DNA of 64,000 bases from a virus: positions 1 through 64,000 of IMG/VR virus record IMGVR_UViG_3300032238_001058; one strand, 5' to 3'. Numbering within the stretch: the first letter of the stretch is position 1; each line of letters starts with the position of its first letter. A program made the translations under genes and the position numbers. Shown piece by piece: positions 54,127 to 63,991 of the stretch. The notes below the pieces were generated by a model. The model was not told where the DNA came from, searched no databases, and was given only the letters and a program-made list of their open reading frames with translations.

Positions 54127-54804
54127 TCAATCATAATCGGGGGTGTTTTTATGAGCCAATGGATGTTGAATAGTCTGTTTGTATTCACGTTTTGTCAGTA
54201 TTTCTGGCACACCACGACGACATGCTTCGCTATAAAGCATTAGTTTTTCATACTCAAACTCAGGGAAGAACGGATGAATATTAGCTGGTGGAAAAATTCT
54301 GTTCCAACTTGTAATCAAATGTAAAGGATTAAGGCAGTTTTTGTTATTGCAAGTGCGTGTCACTCGCATAGAACCAACGTCACCCCATGCACATTGATAG
54401 ATTAATTTATGGGCTGTTTGATTGTTGTTTGTTTTGTTGTTCGCCAGGTTTCTATAGGAAGGTAATCCGTAACGAGAACGCGCAACTCCTGGTGCCTCCC
54501 AACAATCTTCCGCATGTCCTACTGGGATCTGCTTCCAAATTCGGGCATATTGGTGTTTGCAATCGTTACTTAAATAATTAACGTCAAATCCACAGATATT
54601 GCTACGGATTTTTTGTGCACAGTGATAGCACCAATGCTTAGTTTTTTCTCTGATGGAATGATTGTGAAGACATGGATACCCTTTGTAGTAACCGTGGGAA
54701 TCAAGTTCTTCTTTTGACAACTTATCAATCTCAGGAATTGGTGGGTAATCAGAAGGCGCTAAGACTGCTTGTCGTAGTGGACGGTTGTCTAGTGTGTTTG
54801 CCAT
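54127..54804 (-). CDS. HNH/zinc-binding-loop endonuclease-like protein (degenerate active site)
   Basis: CWE...TAHKLIY...RVTRTCNNKNCLNPLHL; N-terminal C..H...C..C. Confidence 0.7.
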   Translation of the reverse strand: MANTLDNRPLRQAVLAPSDYPPIPEIDKLSKEELDSHGYYKGYPCLHNHSIREKTKHWCYHCAQKIRSNICGFDVNYLSNDCKHQYARIWKQIPVGHAEDCWEAPGVARSRYGLPSYRNLANNKTNNNQTAHKLIYQCAWGDVGSMRVTRTCNNKNCLNPLHLITSWNRIFPPANIHPFFPEFEYEKLMLYSEACRRGVPEILTKREYKQTIQHPLAHKNTPDYD

Positions 54805-54807
54805 GAT

Positions 54808-55215
54808 TCACACCTCCTGCAATTTATTGTTCATTGCAATGACCTCTGCATCGGTCAAACCGACTTTGATTGCAGCTCGACAGTAAGAACGTTTGACGGA
54901 ATTACGTGCCTTTCTCTGGCGCAATACCAACTCTTTTCTGTTGTCTTTCTCCAAGTTGTCTTCACCATGTACTACGTCTGCTGCCCCAGGGTCCTCGCCA
55001 GTGCGTAGGTAGTACACGATTCGGTGTGCCACGTAAGGAGTGCCGCAGAGCCAAACCTTGTACACCCCATGGACTCGGTCCAACCTGCCAGCCATCTCTC
55101 CTGCCTTGTGGCGTTGAAAAGACATCGTCCATACCAGGGCACTGGGGAACTCATCCGAAAGTGCCAAGCGTTCTTGGATGTACCAGAGGGGCATCTGGTC
55201 GGTGTAGGTGCGCAT
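54808..55215 (-). CDS. HNH_3-like endonuclease homolog (degenerate)
   Basis: AG..AG....G.Y.V.L.G..Y.AHRIVY.L.TG.DP...V.H...DNR. Confidence 0.7.
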   Translation of the reverse strand: MRTYTDQMPLWYIQERLALSDEFPSALVWTMSFQRHKAGEMAGRLDRVHGVYKVWLCGTPYVAHRIVYYLRTGEDPGAADVVHGEDNLEKDNRKELVLRQRKARNSVKRSYCRAAIKVGLTDAEVIAMNNKLQEV

Positions 55216-55247
55216 TGAAGTGAGCTGAGCGGCTTACGACATACCAA

Positions 55248-55611
55248 GTATAGCGGCAAACGTCAGTGAAAGTACGGTATAGCGGGTAAATTCTCGATTT
55301 ATTTCCCGCTATACGCTTAATTGAACTTATCCTAGAGAAAAACGAACTTATGGAAAAGTTAGGTTTTCTGGAAAAGTTATGTATGTATAGCGGGAAAGTT
55401 CTGACTTTTACTTGTAGTACATTTGTTTCCCCCGGACCCCCGGTGTTCTCACCACCGTCTCATCTTAAGACTGAAACCCCCAGAACTTTCCACCTATACA
55501 TGGCCAACCTGGTGACCAAACCTAACTTTTCCATAAGTTCGTTTTTCCTAATAACAAGATGAATTAAGCGTATAGCAGGAAATAACAGGGGGTGTTTTCC
55601 AGCTATACCGT
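55248..55611. repeat. long imperfect inverted repeat with iteron-like GTATAG.NGG.AAA boxes; candidate replication origin
   Basis: arms 55274-55403 and 55481-55611; perfect 30-bp core 55337-55366/55518-55547; seven boxes. Confidence 0.85.
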
Positions 55612-55623
55612 GTTTTTGCCCAC

Positions 55624-55650
55624 AAAAAAGCCCCCACTTACTGTGGAGGC
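55624..55650 (-). terminator. intrinsic terminator after glycosyltransferase
   Basis: GCCTCCAC-AGTAA-GTGGGGGC-TTTTTT on minus strand. Confidence 0.7.
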
Positions 55651-55672
55651 CCTGGCACCAGTACCTCTGTAC

Positions 55673-56944
55673 TTACGCAGCACTTCCCCCAACGATGCGT
55701 TTGTTTTGTTTATTGCGTGCCTTCTTTGGTTTTGGTGTCTCAACCGAGACTGCCTTATTCCCTTGGCTCAGCACGTCCTCAAAGATGCCGCCAAACTGAG
55801 ACGCAACTGTGTCCCATGAGAACTGTGGGTCTGTAGCACGTTCTTTACATTTGCTGCCAACATGGTTGTGATAGACCTTGTCTTCGTACAGCTCATTCAA
55901 CAGTTCAGTAAGGTGCTCTGAGGATGGGCATGGCATTTCCCTTCCGTAGTTGGTATCCACATCAACGTGGTCACAACGAATCAACGATCCATACCCTTCA
56001 AAAATCTCTTTACACGACGTATGGTCTGGCACCACTTGTGGCACACCACATGCAGCGTGTTCAAAGTTGACTAGACCCCAGCCCTCACCTTTACAGGTAT
56101 TGACGCCAACGTCAACAGCGTTGTAGATCGTATTGAGCATCTCAACTGAGACGTTTGGAGGTCCTTCCGTTTGCGTGGTCATGATGATGCGGTTGTTAGG
56201 GTTGAGGCCAACACGTTGCATCTCACGTCCAAAGATCTGCATTACTTCCCAACCCTGGTCTTTGAGGCCCATGTGCAGGTACAGTTTTGCTTCTGGTTTA
56301 TCTATGGCAAACTTTGCAAATCCCTGGATAGTAATGTCAATTCGTTTACGGAATTGATTCCTATTTCCGTTAAACACAATAAAATCATCAGGCGACAGCC
56401 CAAGAGCTTTACGACACTCAACTTTGTCTTTGGGATAGAACTGCCCTGGTGTTACACCATGAGGAATTACAGTAATTGGCTTAGTAATACCTCCTTTAAT
56501 AAATTCGTATGCGCCAAATTCTGTGTAAGAAATTACAGCATCCCAATCATTAGCTGTATCTGCTAAACACCCTGTCCAACCATACGAATCCATTGGCGCA
56601 TATCCAACAAATTTAAAGCTGCCAGCCTGATGCAGATCTTTAATTTGGCTGTACTGCTCATTAATGATCCACATATCGTTAATTGTGAATACAATGTCAG
56701 GCCGTTCACGCTCAACAATTTCACGAATCCGTTGCTCACCAAACGGCGCAGTTTGAAAACGATTCGACGAAGGATACATTTTGTATTCCTTTTGTTGCTC
56801 ACAGGGATCTCCCCACCAGTTGTGACCTAACACAACAATGTCAAAGGTATCTTTTAAATGTTTCAACACGTTTTCCGTGACACGCGCAAAACCTGTCATG
56901 GCAACAATGTCACCACACCACAGTAATTTAGGTTTGTTTTCCAA
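55673..56944 (-). CDS. GT4-family glycosyltransferase
   Basis: TGFARV, VIPHGV, NRNQ.RKRID, GEGWGL..FEHAACG.PQV. Confidence 0.9.
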   Translation of the reverse strand: MENKPKLLWCGDIVAMTGFARVTENVLKHLKDTFDIVVLGHNWWGDPCEQQKEYKMYPSSNRFQTAPFGEQRIREIVERERPDIVFTINDMWIINEQYSQIKDLHQAGSFKFVGYAPMDSYGWTGCLADTANDWDAVISYTEFGAYEFIKGGITKPITVIPHGVTPGQFYPKDKVECRKALGLSPDDFIVFNGNRNQFRKRIDITIQGFAKFAIDKPEAKLYLHMGLKDQGWEVMQIFGREMQRVGLNPNNRIIMTTQTEGPPNVSVEMLNTIYNAVDVGVNTCKGEGWGLVNFEHAACGVPQVVPDHTSCKEIFEGYGSLIRCDHVDVDTNYGREMPCPSSEHLTELLNELYEDKVYHNHVGSKCKERATDPQFSWDTVASQFGGIFEDVLSQGNKAVSVETPKPKKARNKQNKRIVGGSAA

Positions 56945-57015
56945 GGTAGTTAGTAATGCCTTGGCTCACTATACCAAAAAATTAAAGGAACGTAGACTAG
57001 AAAAAAAGATTGATC

Positions 57016-57909
57016 ATGAACGGGCAAGCGCTTGCTGGTAAGTTTATGCAGCTTCAACAAAATGAATTGTTTAACGAATTTCAGGAAGGCCTGATGACGG
57101 GTGTCCCGGCAGGCTTGAGTCTTCTTGGTACAGATAATAGTTTGCCTCAGGTTGCTCTTCAGACTGTTGGTGCTGTTGCCGGCGGCTTTGGCATTGGCAT
57201 GTTAGGTAAATCTATCGGAGCAGCAATTGGAAAACGTCTTCATCCACAAGCTTTAAAAAACCAACAAGGACTTGGCGCAAGTTTTGGTAGGGTTGCCGGC
57301 CAACAAACACTTGCTCAAGGCGGTGCAGAAACATTGCGTTTTGCAAAAGGTCAAATCAAACAAGAGCTAAAACAACAAACTTCTTCTCAACTTCTCAATG
57401 AAGCATTGCAAAACCCACAGGCATTTGCAACTAAATATGGAGTTGACCCAGAAACATTTAAAAAATACCATACAGTTGTTGGTGCAACGGGACAAGCACG
57501 TGCTGGCCTAGAGACGCTTGAAAACATGTCGCCTGAACAACGCAAGCAAATGGGTGCTGCAGCACAAAAGTTAATGGATCAAGGCTTTAATCAAGTTGAA
57601 AATTTAATTAACGTACAAGCTGCTGCTTCCATGGACAATAACATTGCAAAAATGGCAATGCTTCAAAAAGGAACAGTAGTACCGGGCACTGACTTAGACC
57701 TTGGCCAAGCATTTGAATCATTGCTTAAAGAACCCAAAGCCATTACTGGAGAGCACGTTGGCCGTGCAGTAGGACGTTTTATTGGTGATGAAGTTGGGGT
57801 TGTAACAGGTATTGGGCTTACGGGTGCGTTAGCTGGAGCCCTTGGAATGAAGACAGAAAAAGACAAAAAGATTGAAGAGTTACAACAACAAGTTGGGCGG
57901 CGTTACTGA
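57016..57909 (+). CDS. Gly-zipper-containing hypothetical protein
   Basis: ORF with GAVAGGFGIG and GIGLTGALAGALG helices. Confidence 0.7.
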   Translation: MNGQALAGKFMQLQQNELFNEFQEGLMTGVPAGLSLLGTDNSLPQVALQTVGAVAGGFGIGMLGKSIGAAIGKRLHPQALKNQQGLGASFGRVAGQQTLAQGGAETLRFAKGQIKQELKQQTSSQLLNEALQNPQAFATKYGVDPETFKKYHTVVGATGQARAGLETLENMSPEQRKQMGAAAQKLMDQGFNQVENLINVQAAASMDNNIAKMAMLQKGTVVPGTDLDLGQAFESLLKEPKAITGEHVGRAVGRFIGDEVGVVTGIGLTGALAGALGMKTEKDKKIEELQQQVGRRY

Positions 57910-58242
57910 TCGAGTTAACTCTTTTTCTTCCGCAGTTTTTGCTTTGAGTTTTGTTTTTAAAAACTCAGCTGCTCGATGTGTTTGTGTTGTATCGCCACAC
58001 GTATACAAGTCGATTGCTGCATACCCAATCTCTGGCCAGGTATGGATTGATGCATGGGACTCAGCCAATAAAGCAAGTAGTGTCACACCTTGTGGTTTAA
58101 ACTTCTCACCAATGATGCGAAGAATATTTGCCTTTGCCATAACAAGAGAAGCCTCAAGCAAACGTTGAAGCTCCTCATAGTCATTCAAGACCTTTGGATC
58201 ACAGTCATATAGATCCAGGATTAAATGGCGTCCGTTACTCAC
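57880..58242 (-). CDS. speD: S-adenosylmethionine decarboxylase proenzyme
   Basis: GRHLILDLYDC, F.PQGVT...LLAESHASIHTWPE.GYAAIDLYTCG. Confidence 0.93.
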   Translation of the reverse strand: MSNGRHLILDLYDCDPKVLNDYEELQRLLEASLVMAKANILRIIGEKFKPQGVTLLALLAESHASIHTWPEIGYAAIDLYTCGDTTQTHRAAEFLKTKLKAKTAEEKELTRSVTPPNLLL

Positions 58243-60878
58243 ATCTCGGCAGGCATATCCTCTATCTTCGCATCATTAGCTTTGATTTTTACTGCACCAT
58301 AGAAAGCTCGGTACTCATCTGGGTTTGCAGCCAACTCAACAATCGAAGGATAATCTTCATATTTGCCGTTGCTGTCCCTAATTCCTATGTTATTGACACG
58401 AAGACCTGCCGTATTCTTCATGGTGTAGGCATTTAGTTTTAACTGGTGTTGAATGATGTCCATCAACAGCACTTCAAAACGAGCACGTGAAATAATACCT
58501 ACATTACAGCTACGACAGAACTCTGCATAACTTGGATACAACCATGTCCCCCAATTGATATAAACACCGGACCCACCACCTGCTGCAACCTTACAGTATC
58601 CAACAGGAGTTGAAGCATTTGGCTCAAACACAATCTTGTTATCAAGCCAATCAAGCATGGGGTTAGAACGTAGAGACTGTGCTTTCTCATACTTTTGAAA
58701 GAACGGTACATGTGTACTGGTTTCCATCAGAAGGGAACGCATGTCATCTTCACTCATATCCAGGACCCAATTAACAAGCCCTGGTAGCAATGGCGCAAAC
58801 ACACCCTGCGGATTCCCCTTGGCATCAAATTTAATTAGTTCTTTTTGCTCTGCTTGTCCACCTTCAAATGGACGATCGAACGGAATGGTGAGACGGCGAC
58901 GAGCAAGGCCAGAAGTATAGTCAGTTGATTGGATGGCTTCATTGGCAGTAATAATGACAACACCGTGGTACTGGAAGGGATCCATTGCATCTCCCTGATA
59001 TTTGCGCTCGGCACGAATCCAGTCACATCCTGTGATTGCTTTTAGTTTTGATACAGAGCCACCCCAACGGTCTGCATCCTGGAACAGCAACAGCTTTTTA
59101 TTAAAACAGTACGCAGCTTCAAACCTATTTTTTTCTAGGTTCTCCATATCAGTGGAGTAGCAATTTGCTTTACCAACCAATGCAACAGCAAGGTTTGCAT
59201 ACGTGGACTTACCTGATTTTCCTGGGCCTACAATCTCAAGAAACTTTTGGATTTCATAACGACCCAAGAGTGTTGCCCTTAGCCATGCCCGCAGCACTTG
59301 CGTACGATTCCAACTGTCATGTTGGGTATGCTTCAGCCATTGGACAATGGCTTCACAAGTAGCAGACGGATCATACTCATATGGCATTTGCTGAGTCATG
59401 TACATATTCCGTTTAAACGGAAGTAGTTCACGCGTTTCAACATTTAAAATGCCATTTGTAAATAACAAGTAGTCAGTGCCGTCATACCATTCACTAAATG
59501 CCAAGGCCGCTTGAAGTTGAATAAAAACGTCATTCATCATGTTTGACGTAAAACCCTTTGGAAGAAACTTGCCAAGCATTGTGAGGTCTTGACGAATCTT
59601 ACCCAGTGCTTCGATTTTTGTTAGGGGCGTCCAGACATGACAACGTGTGTCATAAATAAAGAATTGATTATGCGGCAAGCTGTACAACACGCCACCTTTG
59701 TATTTACCTAGAAGTACATCAACAATTTCAGAAGTAGACGGATTCCTTTTCCCATCTTTATCAGTGTTAACATCCTCACCCATGGCAATAGCATCTTCGA
59801 GTGAGTTTGCAATATGCCCAATGGTGGACATAGCTTGTTCTTCTTTTTCTTTTGGAATTGTTACAACCATCCCATCAGCGTCTTCAATGGCCTTCAGTGC
59901 TGCAGCCGCAGCCTCAAGCGTCTCATCATCTACACTCTCTGCCCGGTAGTCCTGGGGCACCACAAAGCCGTGCTCCTGGGCAGTCTGGATGAGCGTACCA
60001 ATACCACGACCACCGCCCTTGCTAAAGGAAAGCCACCGTTTGTGGCATTCACCTTCCCGATACTTATTCGACTGTTGTGACCAGTTATCCCAGTCATCTA
60101 GCAGGGATTCGTCTAAACTGTGGAGTGACTGACCGATCATGATCCAGATGTCATAATCGTCTGCAGCTTCCGAAGGCAAAGCCCACATTGCCTTGACGGC
60201 TAGCTTCATGTCACGGTCAACAGTGATCACACTGTGAACAACGCTGCTTGGCATTACGACACGACTGATCTCAGTCGAGGGGATTCCCTGCTTGACATTC
60301 TTGTTAATGATGGCTGTCAACAACCATTCCGGAAATTCAGGCAATTGCTGGGACCACTCAAACCCACAGTTTTCACCGGTAAAATACCCATCAGTTTCAG
60401 GGTGCAAACCCATTAACACACCTTGGTGTTTTTTCCACAGGATTTCAAGTTTTTCTTTGTCTTCTTCTGCATGCCACGTATATTTGTTACGCGCAAAATG
60501 CTTGTGTTTTTCTCGGTCTAACCGATATAGTTTCCGTTCACGTCCAATTTTGCCACTAAAAATTGTTAAGGTTGGTGGCAGTGCGTCTTGTAAGGGTAAT
60601 CCGGAGATGTCTTCGAGTAACTTGTAGACACTCGGGCCATCAACATCCACCCACACCAAACCATAAGGATGGTTGTAAACAGGCCCACCCAGTAGCCCGA
60701 TGGCTTTACAGTTTCCTGTAATGATTTCTTCTTCAATTTCTCGTACACTAAAAGGTTTGTTTTGCCAACCCGCAACATAAGGATCTTTGTTCCCACCTAA
60801 TGGGGTTAAGGGCCAATCAATGGGGATGTAGTCAAGACGAATTTCACCGGGCTTGAGGAGTTGTTGGTTTGCGTTCAT
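58239..60878 (-). CDS. Prim-Pol/PriCT-2/D5-type SF3 primase-helicase
   Basis: K.P...GWQ, VDVDG, DDYD.W..IG.SL.....W..WS..S.KY, F.NG, Walker A GPGKSGKST. Confidence 0.9.
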   Translation of the reverse strand: MNANQQLLKPGEIRLDYIPIDWPLTPLGGNKDPYVAGWQNKPFSVREIEEEIITGNCKAIGLLGGPVYNHPYGLVWVDVDGPSVYKLLEDISGLPLQDALPPTLTIFSGKIGRERKLYRLDREKHKHFARNKYTWHAEEDKEKLEILWKKHQGVLMGLHPETDGYFTGENCGFEWSQQLPEFPEWLLTAIINKNVKQGIPSTEISRVVMPSSVVHSVITVDRDMKLAVKAMWALPSEAADDYDIWIMIGQSLHSLDESLLDDWDNWSQQSNKYREGECHKRWLSFSKGGGRGIGTLIQTAQEHGFVVPQDYRAESVDDETLEAAAAALKAIEDADGMVVTIPKEKEEQAMSTIGHIANSLEDAIAMGEDVNTDKDGKRNPSTSEIVDVLLGKYKGGVLYSLPHNQFFIYDTRCHVWTPLTKIEALGKIRQDLTMLGKFLPKGFTSNMMNDVFIQLQAALAFSEWYDGTDYLLFTNGILNVETRELLPFKRNMYMTQQMPYEYDPSATCEAIVQWLKHTQHDSWNRTQVLRAWLRATLLGRYEIQKFLEIVGPGKSGKSTYANLAVALVGKANCYSTDMENLEKNRFEAAYCFNKKLLLFQDADRWGGSVSKLKAITGCDWIRAERKYQGDAMDPFQYHGVVIITANEAIQSTDYTSGLARRRLTIPFDRPFEGGQAEQKELIKFDAKGNPQGVFAPLLPGLVNWVLDMSEDDMRSLLMETSTHVPFFQKYEKAQSLRSNPMLDWLDNKIVFEPNASTPVGYCKVAAGGGSGVYINWGTWLYPSYAEFCRSCNVGIISRARFEVLLMDIIQHQLKLNAYTMKNTAGLRVNNIGIRDSNGKYEDYPSIVELAANPDEYRAFYGAVKIKANDAKIEDMPAEM

Positions 60879-61063
60879 TGTGCTTCCTTGTTGTTTTGTA
60901 GTTCTACTTTAAAGTCTCGCTCGGCAAACATCCCTTCTTTCAAAATGGTAAATGCATGGAGGTGCATGTATGTAGGCAAGAGAAAACAATCTCCATCCAT
61001 CGCAGTTGTCATGCGATTTTGGAGCGTGCTCATCCACTCGCCTACGGAAACCGGGATTTCCAT
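60875..61063 (-). CDS. hypothetical protein
   Basis: ATGA-coupled to primase. Confidence 0.6.
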   Translation of the reverse strand: MEIPVSVGEWMSTLQNRMTTAMDGDCFLLPTYMHLHAFTILKEGMFAERDFKVELQNNKEAQ

Positions 61064-61137
61064 AGGAGGCTTGACTTGTGTGTCTTCTTATCCTACGGCT
61101 GGCAATCCAGCCTCACCTTCAAATCGACATAAAATTA

Positions 61138-61317
61138 CTAAGTCTTATGGGACTCATCCAAAGTAGTAGGTTTGTTCTTATCTTCTTCATCCCATTCCTG
61201 CATTATTTGATTGTAGACATCTACAGGATCTCTTCTGCTTTCAATGCAAGATGAAGTTGCGACAGACCAAGCAATGCGCTTGCGTCGTTCCATTGGGTCA
61301 TCGATATTCCAGGGCAT
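61138..61317 (-). CDS. 59-aa hypothetical protein
   Basis: MPWNIDDPMERRKRIAWSVATSSCIE... Confidence 0.55.
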   Translation of the reverse strand: MPWNIDDPMERRKRIAWSVATSSCIESRRDPVDVYNQIMQEWDEEDKNKPTTLDESHKT

Positions 61318-61320
61318 AAT

Positions 61321-62175
61321 TCAAATCAAATCAGGATCATACACATTGCAGCGTTCAATCTGACTGTAGTATTCTTCTACTACTTTCAACCAGTCACCCC
61401 TCAAAGAATCTAAAAACTTCCTGGAAATCTTAAAAACTTGAGTGCGAACAGGCGTTGACACCAGAATGGCTGCCTGCTGGACCCGCATACCAAGAGTCTG
61501 TTCAATCCCAAGGTCGTATGCAGCTAGTTGTTTGCAGGTTTTTTTAAATTTCATGTGCCCACCAAGGAGATCTCTCCATTCAGGCGATCCCTTCTCCAAG
61601 TCCTTGGGCCATTTCCTGCTATAAGGTTTGACACTGGTCTTTAAATCAGCCAGTGTCAGCTTGTTATTCACCACACCAATGATGTCAGGTGAGCCAACCC
61701 AAGCCCTGCCTTCCTCATCATGGGCCCACACCCTACCAATTCCATCATCTGATAAAGTGAATTGATGTTTGTCCAGTAGAGGAGTTTCTGCCCACAACAC
61801 CTCGTCAAACTGATCAAGAATCCCTGGCATACCAGCCCAAAAGTCCTGGTACTCTTCAGCAATCTCAGGGTTTTTATCCCCTTTTAGGTAACACTCCATG
61901 CCATAGTGGATAGCTGTACCACGTTCAGCAGCAGCTTCTTTAACACCTGGATTGTTTTTACTCCACATCTCCAGCTTCCGTTTGTTTGCTTCGGAGGCTG
62001 TTTCTGAAATTATGGTTGTGACCGATGGCGCCGGCCCAGTTACAAACGGGGTATGGTAATGTCGCTTTCCGTTAATTGTAATACGGGCGGGGCGGCTGTT
62101 CAGCTCCCGCATCAACTCTGGTTGCTCTTGATATTTCAGCGACCATGGATCGCCTGCTTCAATTTTAGCAACCAT
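61321..62175 (-). CDS. PD-(D/E)xK exonuclease
   Basis: PSVTTII, ERGTAIH, GSPD, ADLKTS, QLAAY. Confidence 0.88.
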   Translation of the reverse strand: MVAKIEAGDPWSLKYQEQPELMRELNSRPARITINGKRHYHTPFVTGPAPSVTTIISETASEANKRKLEMWSKNNPGVKEAAAERGTAIHYGMECYLKGDKNPEIAEEYQDFWAGMPGILDQFDEVLWAETPLLDKHQFTLSDDGIGRVWAHDEEGRAWVGSPDIIGVVNNKLTLADLKTSVKPYSRKWPKDLEKGSPEWRDLLGGHMKFKKTCKQLAAYDLGIEQTLGMRVQQAAILVSTPVRTQVFKISRKFLDSLRGDWLKVVEEYYSQIERCNVYDPDLI

Positions 62176-62226
62176 TGACGGTTTTGTATATTACGATTAT
62201 CTTAACGCATGTGTCAACAAGCTTGT

Positions 62227-62331
62227 ATGGACGGTTTCAATTACGCCATTGCTTCCATCCTTGGGGCAATGCTAGTGGTCGTTAGCATGGATGCCTACTT
62301 GTTTTTCATGGAAGTTTTGTCGCGCAAGTGA
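62227..62331 (+). CDS. 34-aa hydrophobic peptide
   Basis: MDGFNYAIASILGAMLVVVSMDAYLFFMEVLSRK*. Confidence 0.45.
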   Translation: MDGFNYAIASILGAMLVVVSMDAYLFFMEVLSRK

Positions 62332-62543
62332 ACAACTTTCTTATCAAGGCCCACGGTTTGGTTGAGTGCATGACTACAATGCTGCCTGAATTAAAAAGTT
62401 GGGAACGCCACAAAAATCTGGATGATCACCTCTGGTATGCCGAACGCGTAAACGGACGCATTGCCATGCTTACCCTCACTACCCTTTTAATCTTGGAAGC
62501 TATCACCCATCAAAACGTTTGGGAGTTAATCCATGTCTTCTAA
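62328..62543 (+). CDS. hli: high-light-inducible protein (Hli/Scp)
   Basis: AERVNGRIAML chlorophyll-binding motif. Confidence 0.8.
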   Translation: MNNFLIKAHGLVECMTTMLPELKSWERHKNLDDHLWYAERVNGRIAMLTLTTLLILEAITHQNVWELIHVF

Positions 62544-62694
62544 CTTGACACGTTTTTATTACGATGTAGATGAAGACTTACGCACTGGTTGTTTTCAAGG
62601 AAAAATATTTGAAGATGTTGAAACAATTGAAGCAGATGCGTTTGAGCAACAGCTAGTATCTAAAGATATTCCCTACACCAGAGTAGATATTTAA
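62533..62694 (+). CDS. 53-aa hypothetical protein
   Basis: MSSNLTRFYYDVD... Confidence 0.55.
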   Translation: MSSNLTRFYYDVDEDLRTGCFQGKIFEDVETIEADAFEQQLVSKDIPYTRVDI

Positions 62695-62696
62695 CC

Positions 62697-63272
62697 ATGG
62701 CCGACTGGAAAAAATATTTTGACCCAATCAAGGTTCGTCTTGGAGCAAGGCAAACAGGTTTTGAAACAATCTTTAACTACCTTGATGACTTCAAAAATCC
62801 TGTAATTATTGAAACTGGTACGTACCGAGAGGAAAACAATTACACGGGTGATGGTTGCTCCACTTTACTTTTTGACAACTATGTTGATACTCATGGAGGC
62901 CAGTTGATCTCTATTGATATTGACCCCAATGCTTGTAGCCTGGCAAAGGACAGCACTAAACATGCCGAAGTAATTGAATGCGATTCGGTTGAGTATCTGA
63001 GCACACTCACTGGTTACTGCAACTTATTGTACTTAGATTCTTACAACATTACAGATTGGAATAATGATTGGGCTCCTGCCGCCCACCACTTAAAAGAATT
63101 GTTTGCAGCCAAAGATATTATTGGTCCCAATACTTTGATTGTTATTGATGACAACATTAAGACGCCAGATGGTCGCCGCCTTGGCAAAGGACGGTTAGTA
63201 TATGAACTAATGGAATCACTTGGCATTGAACCCTGGTTTGATTATTATCAGATTGGTTGGGTTTGGTGTTAG
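62697..63272 (+). CDS. class I SAM-dependent methyltransferase
   Basis: IIETGT, SIDID, DS, LLYLDS, IVIDD. Confidence 0.8.
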   Translation: MADWKKYFDPIKVRLGARQTGFETIFNYLDDFKNPVIIETGTYREENNYTGDGCSTLLFDNYVDTHGGQLISIDIDPNACSLAKDSTKHAEVIECDSVEYLSTLTGYCNLLYLDSYNITDWNNDWAPAAHHLKELFAAKDIIGPNTLIVIDDNIKTPDGRRLGKGRLVYELMESLGIEPWFDYYQIGWVWC

Positions 63273-63368
63273 TATCCACACTTTCTTTGTAGCTTTAGTT
63301 GCTACATAATTAGTACATGCCCGGTTGTCAGCCATGTACATTGCACTAAGAACACCAAAGGAATCTGA

Positions 63369-63576
63369 AATGGCTATTTCTAACCAAGTCAAAGAATCTA
63401 TTGAGCAAGCTGCCAGTCATTTGAGGGAAGCCTTGGCATTTGCATCCCGCACTGAGCATCCAATTACAATCAATACACTATCTGATTTGTTAATCCGTTT
63501 AGATTCAATTGAGCAGATGGATCAGATCATGCAAAAAATGGGGAACAAAAGTGAAAACTTACCGCACACCTTCTGA
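63369..63576 (+). CDS. hypothetical protein (start approximate)
   Basis: MAISNQVKESIEQA..HLREALAFASR. Confidence 0.65.
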
Positions 63577-63703
63577 GGCTGAACGCCTTGAAAAATACTT
63601 TGTTGATCTTGAGGGGAAGATTCCACTTCCCCCTAAGGATTGGGCGCGATCTTGCAAAGAATGTAGGTGGCTTAAACTGTTAACAGAAAAGAATAACAGT
63701 TGA

Positions 63704-63991
63704 GTGGCTCAAGACGATAGTAAATACTCAAAACCCGAATTGCGTGAACGTATTAAAGATCGCGTAATGGATGGTTCTAAGGGTGGGAAGCCTGGGCAGT
63801 GGTCAGCCCGTAAGGCTCAGATTGTTGCGCAGGAATACAAAGAAGCAGGCGGTGGATACAAAGGAGGTAAAGGTGAAAACCAAAAGTCACTAGAGAAGTG
63901 GGGTGAGGAAAAGTGGCAAACCAAAGACGAATACGAAAAACGTTCTAAGGCTAAAACTGCGGCCAAGAGGCATAAAGATGGCAGCCGATAA
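63704..63991 (+). CDS. conserved basic phage protein (DUF5872-like)
   Basis: KPELRERIK...GGKPGQWSARKAQ...YK..GGGYK. Confidence 0.8.
   Translation: MAQDDSKYSKPELRERIKDRVMDGSKGGKPGQWSARKAQIVAQEYKEAGGGYKGGKGENQKSLEKWGEEKWQTKDEYEKRSKAKTAAKRHKDGSR

Noticed and set aside
55350-55562. 70-aa ORF inside the inverted repeat
   Set aside because: Lies wholly within a symmetric non-coding element; no protein features.
55274-55611. Protelomerase (telRL) site or MITE
   Set aside because: Not a perfect central palindrome, no target-site duplication seen, and no protelomerase or transposase in the window.
61321-62175. Cas4 as part of a CRISPR system
   Set aside because: Generic phage PD-(D/E)xK exonuclease without the Fe-S cysteine cluster or other cas genes.
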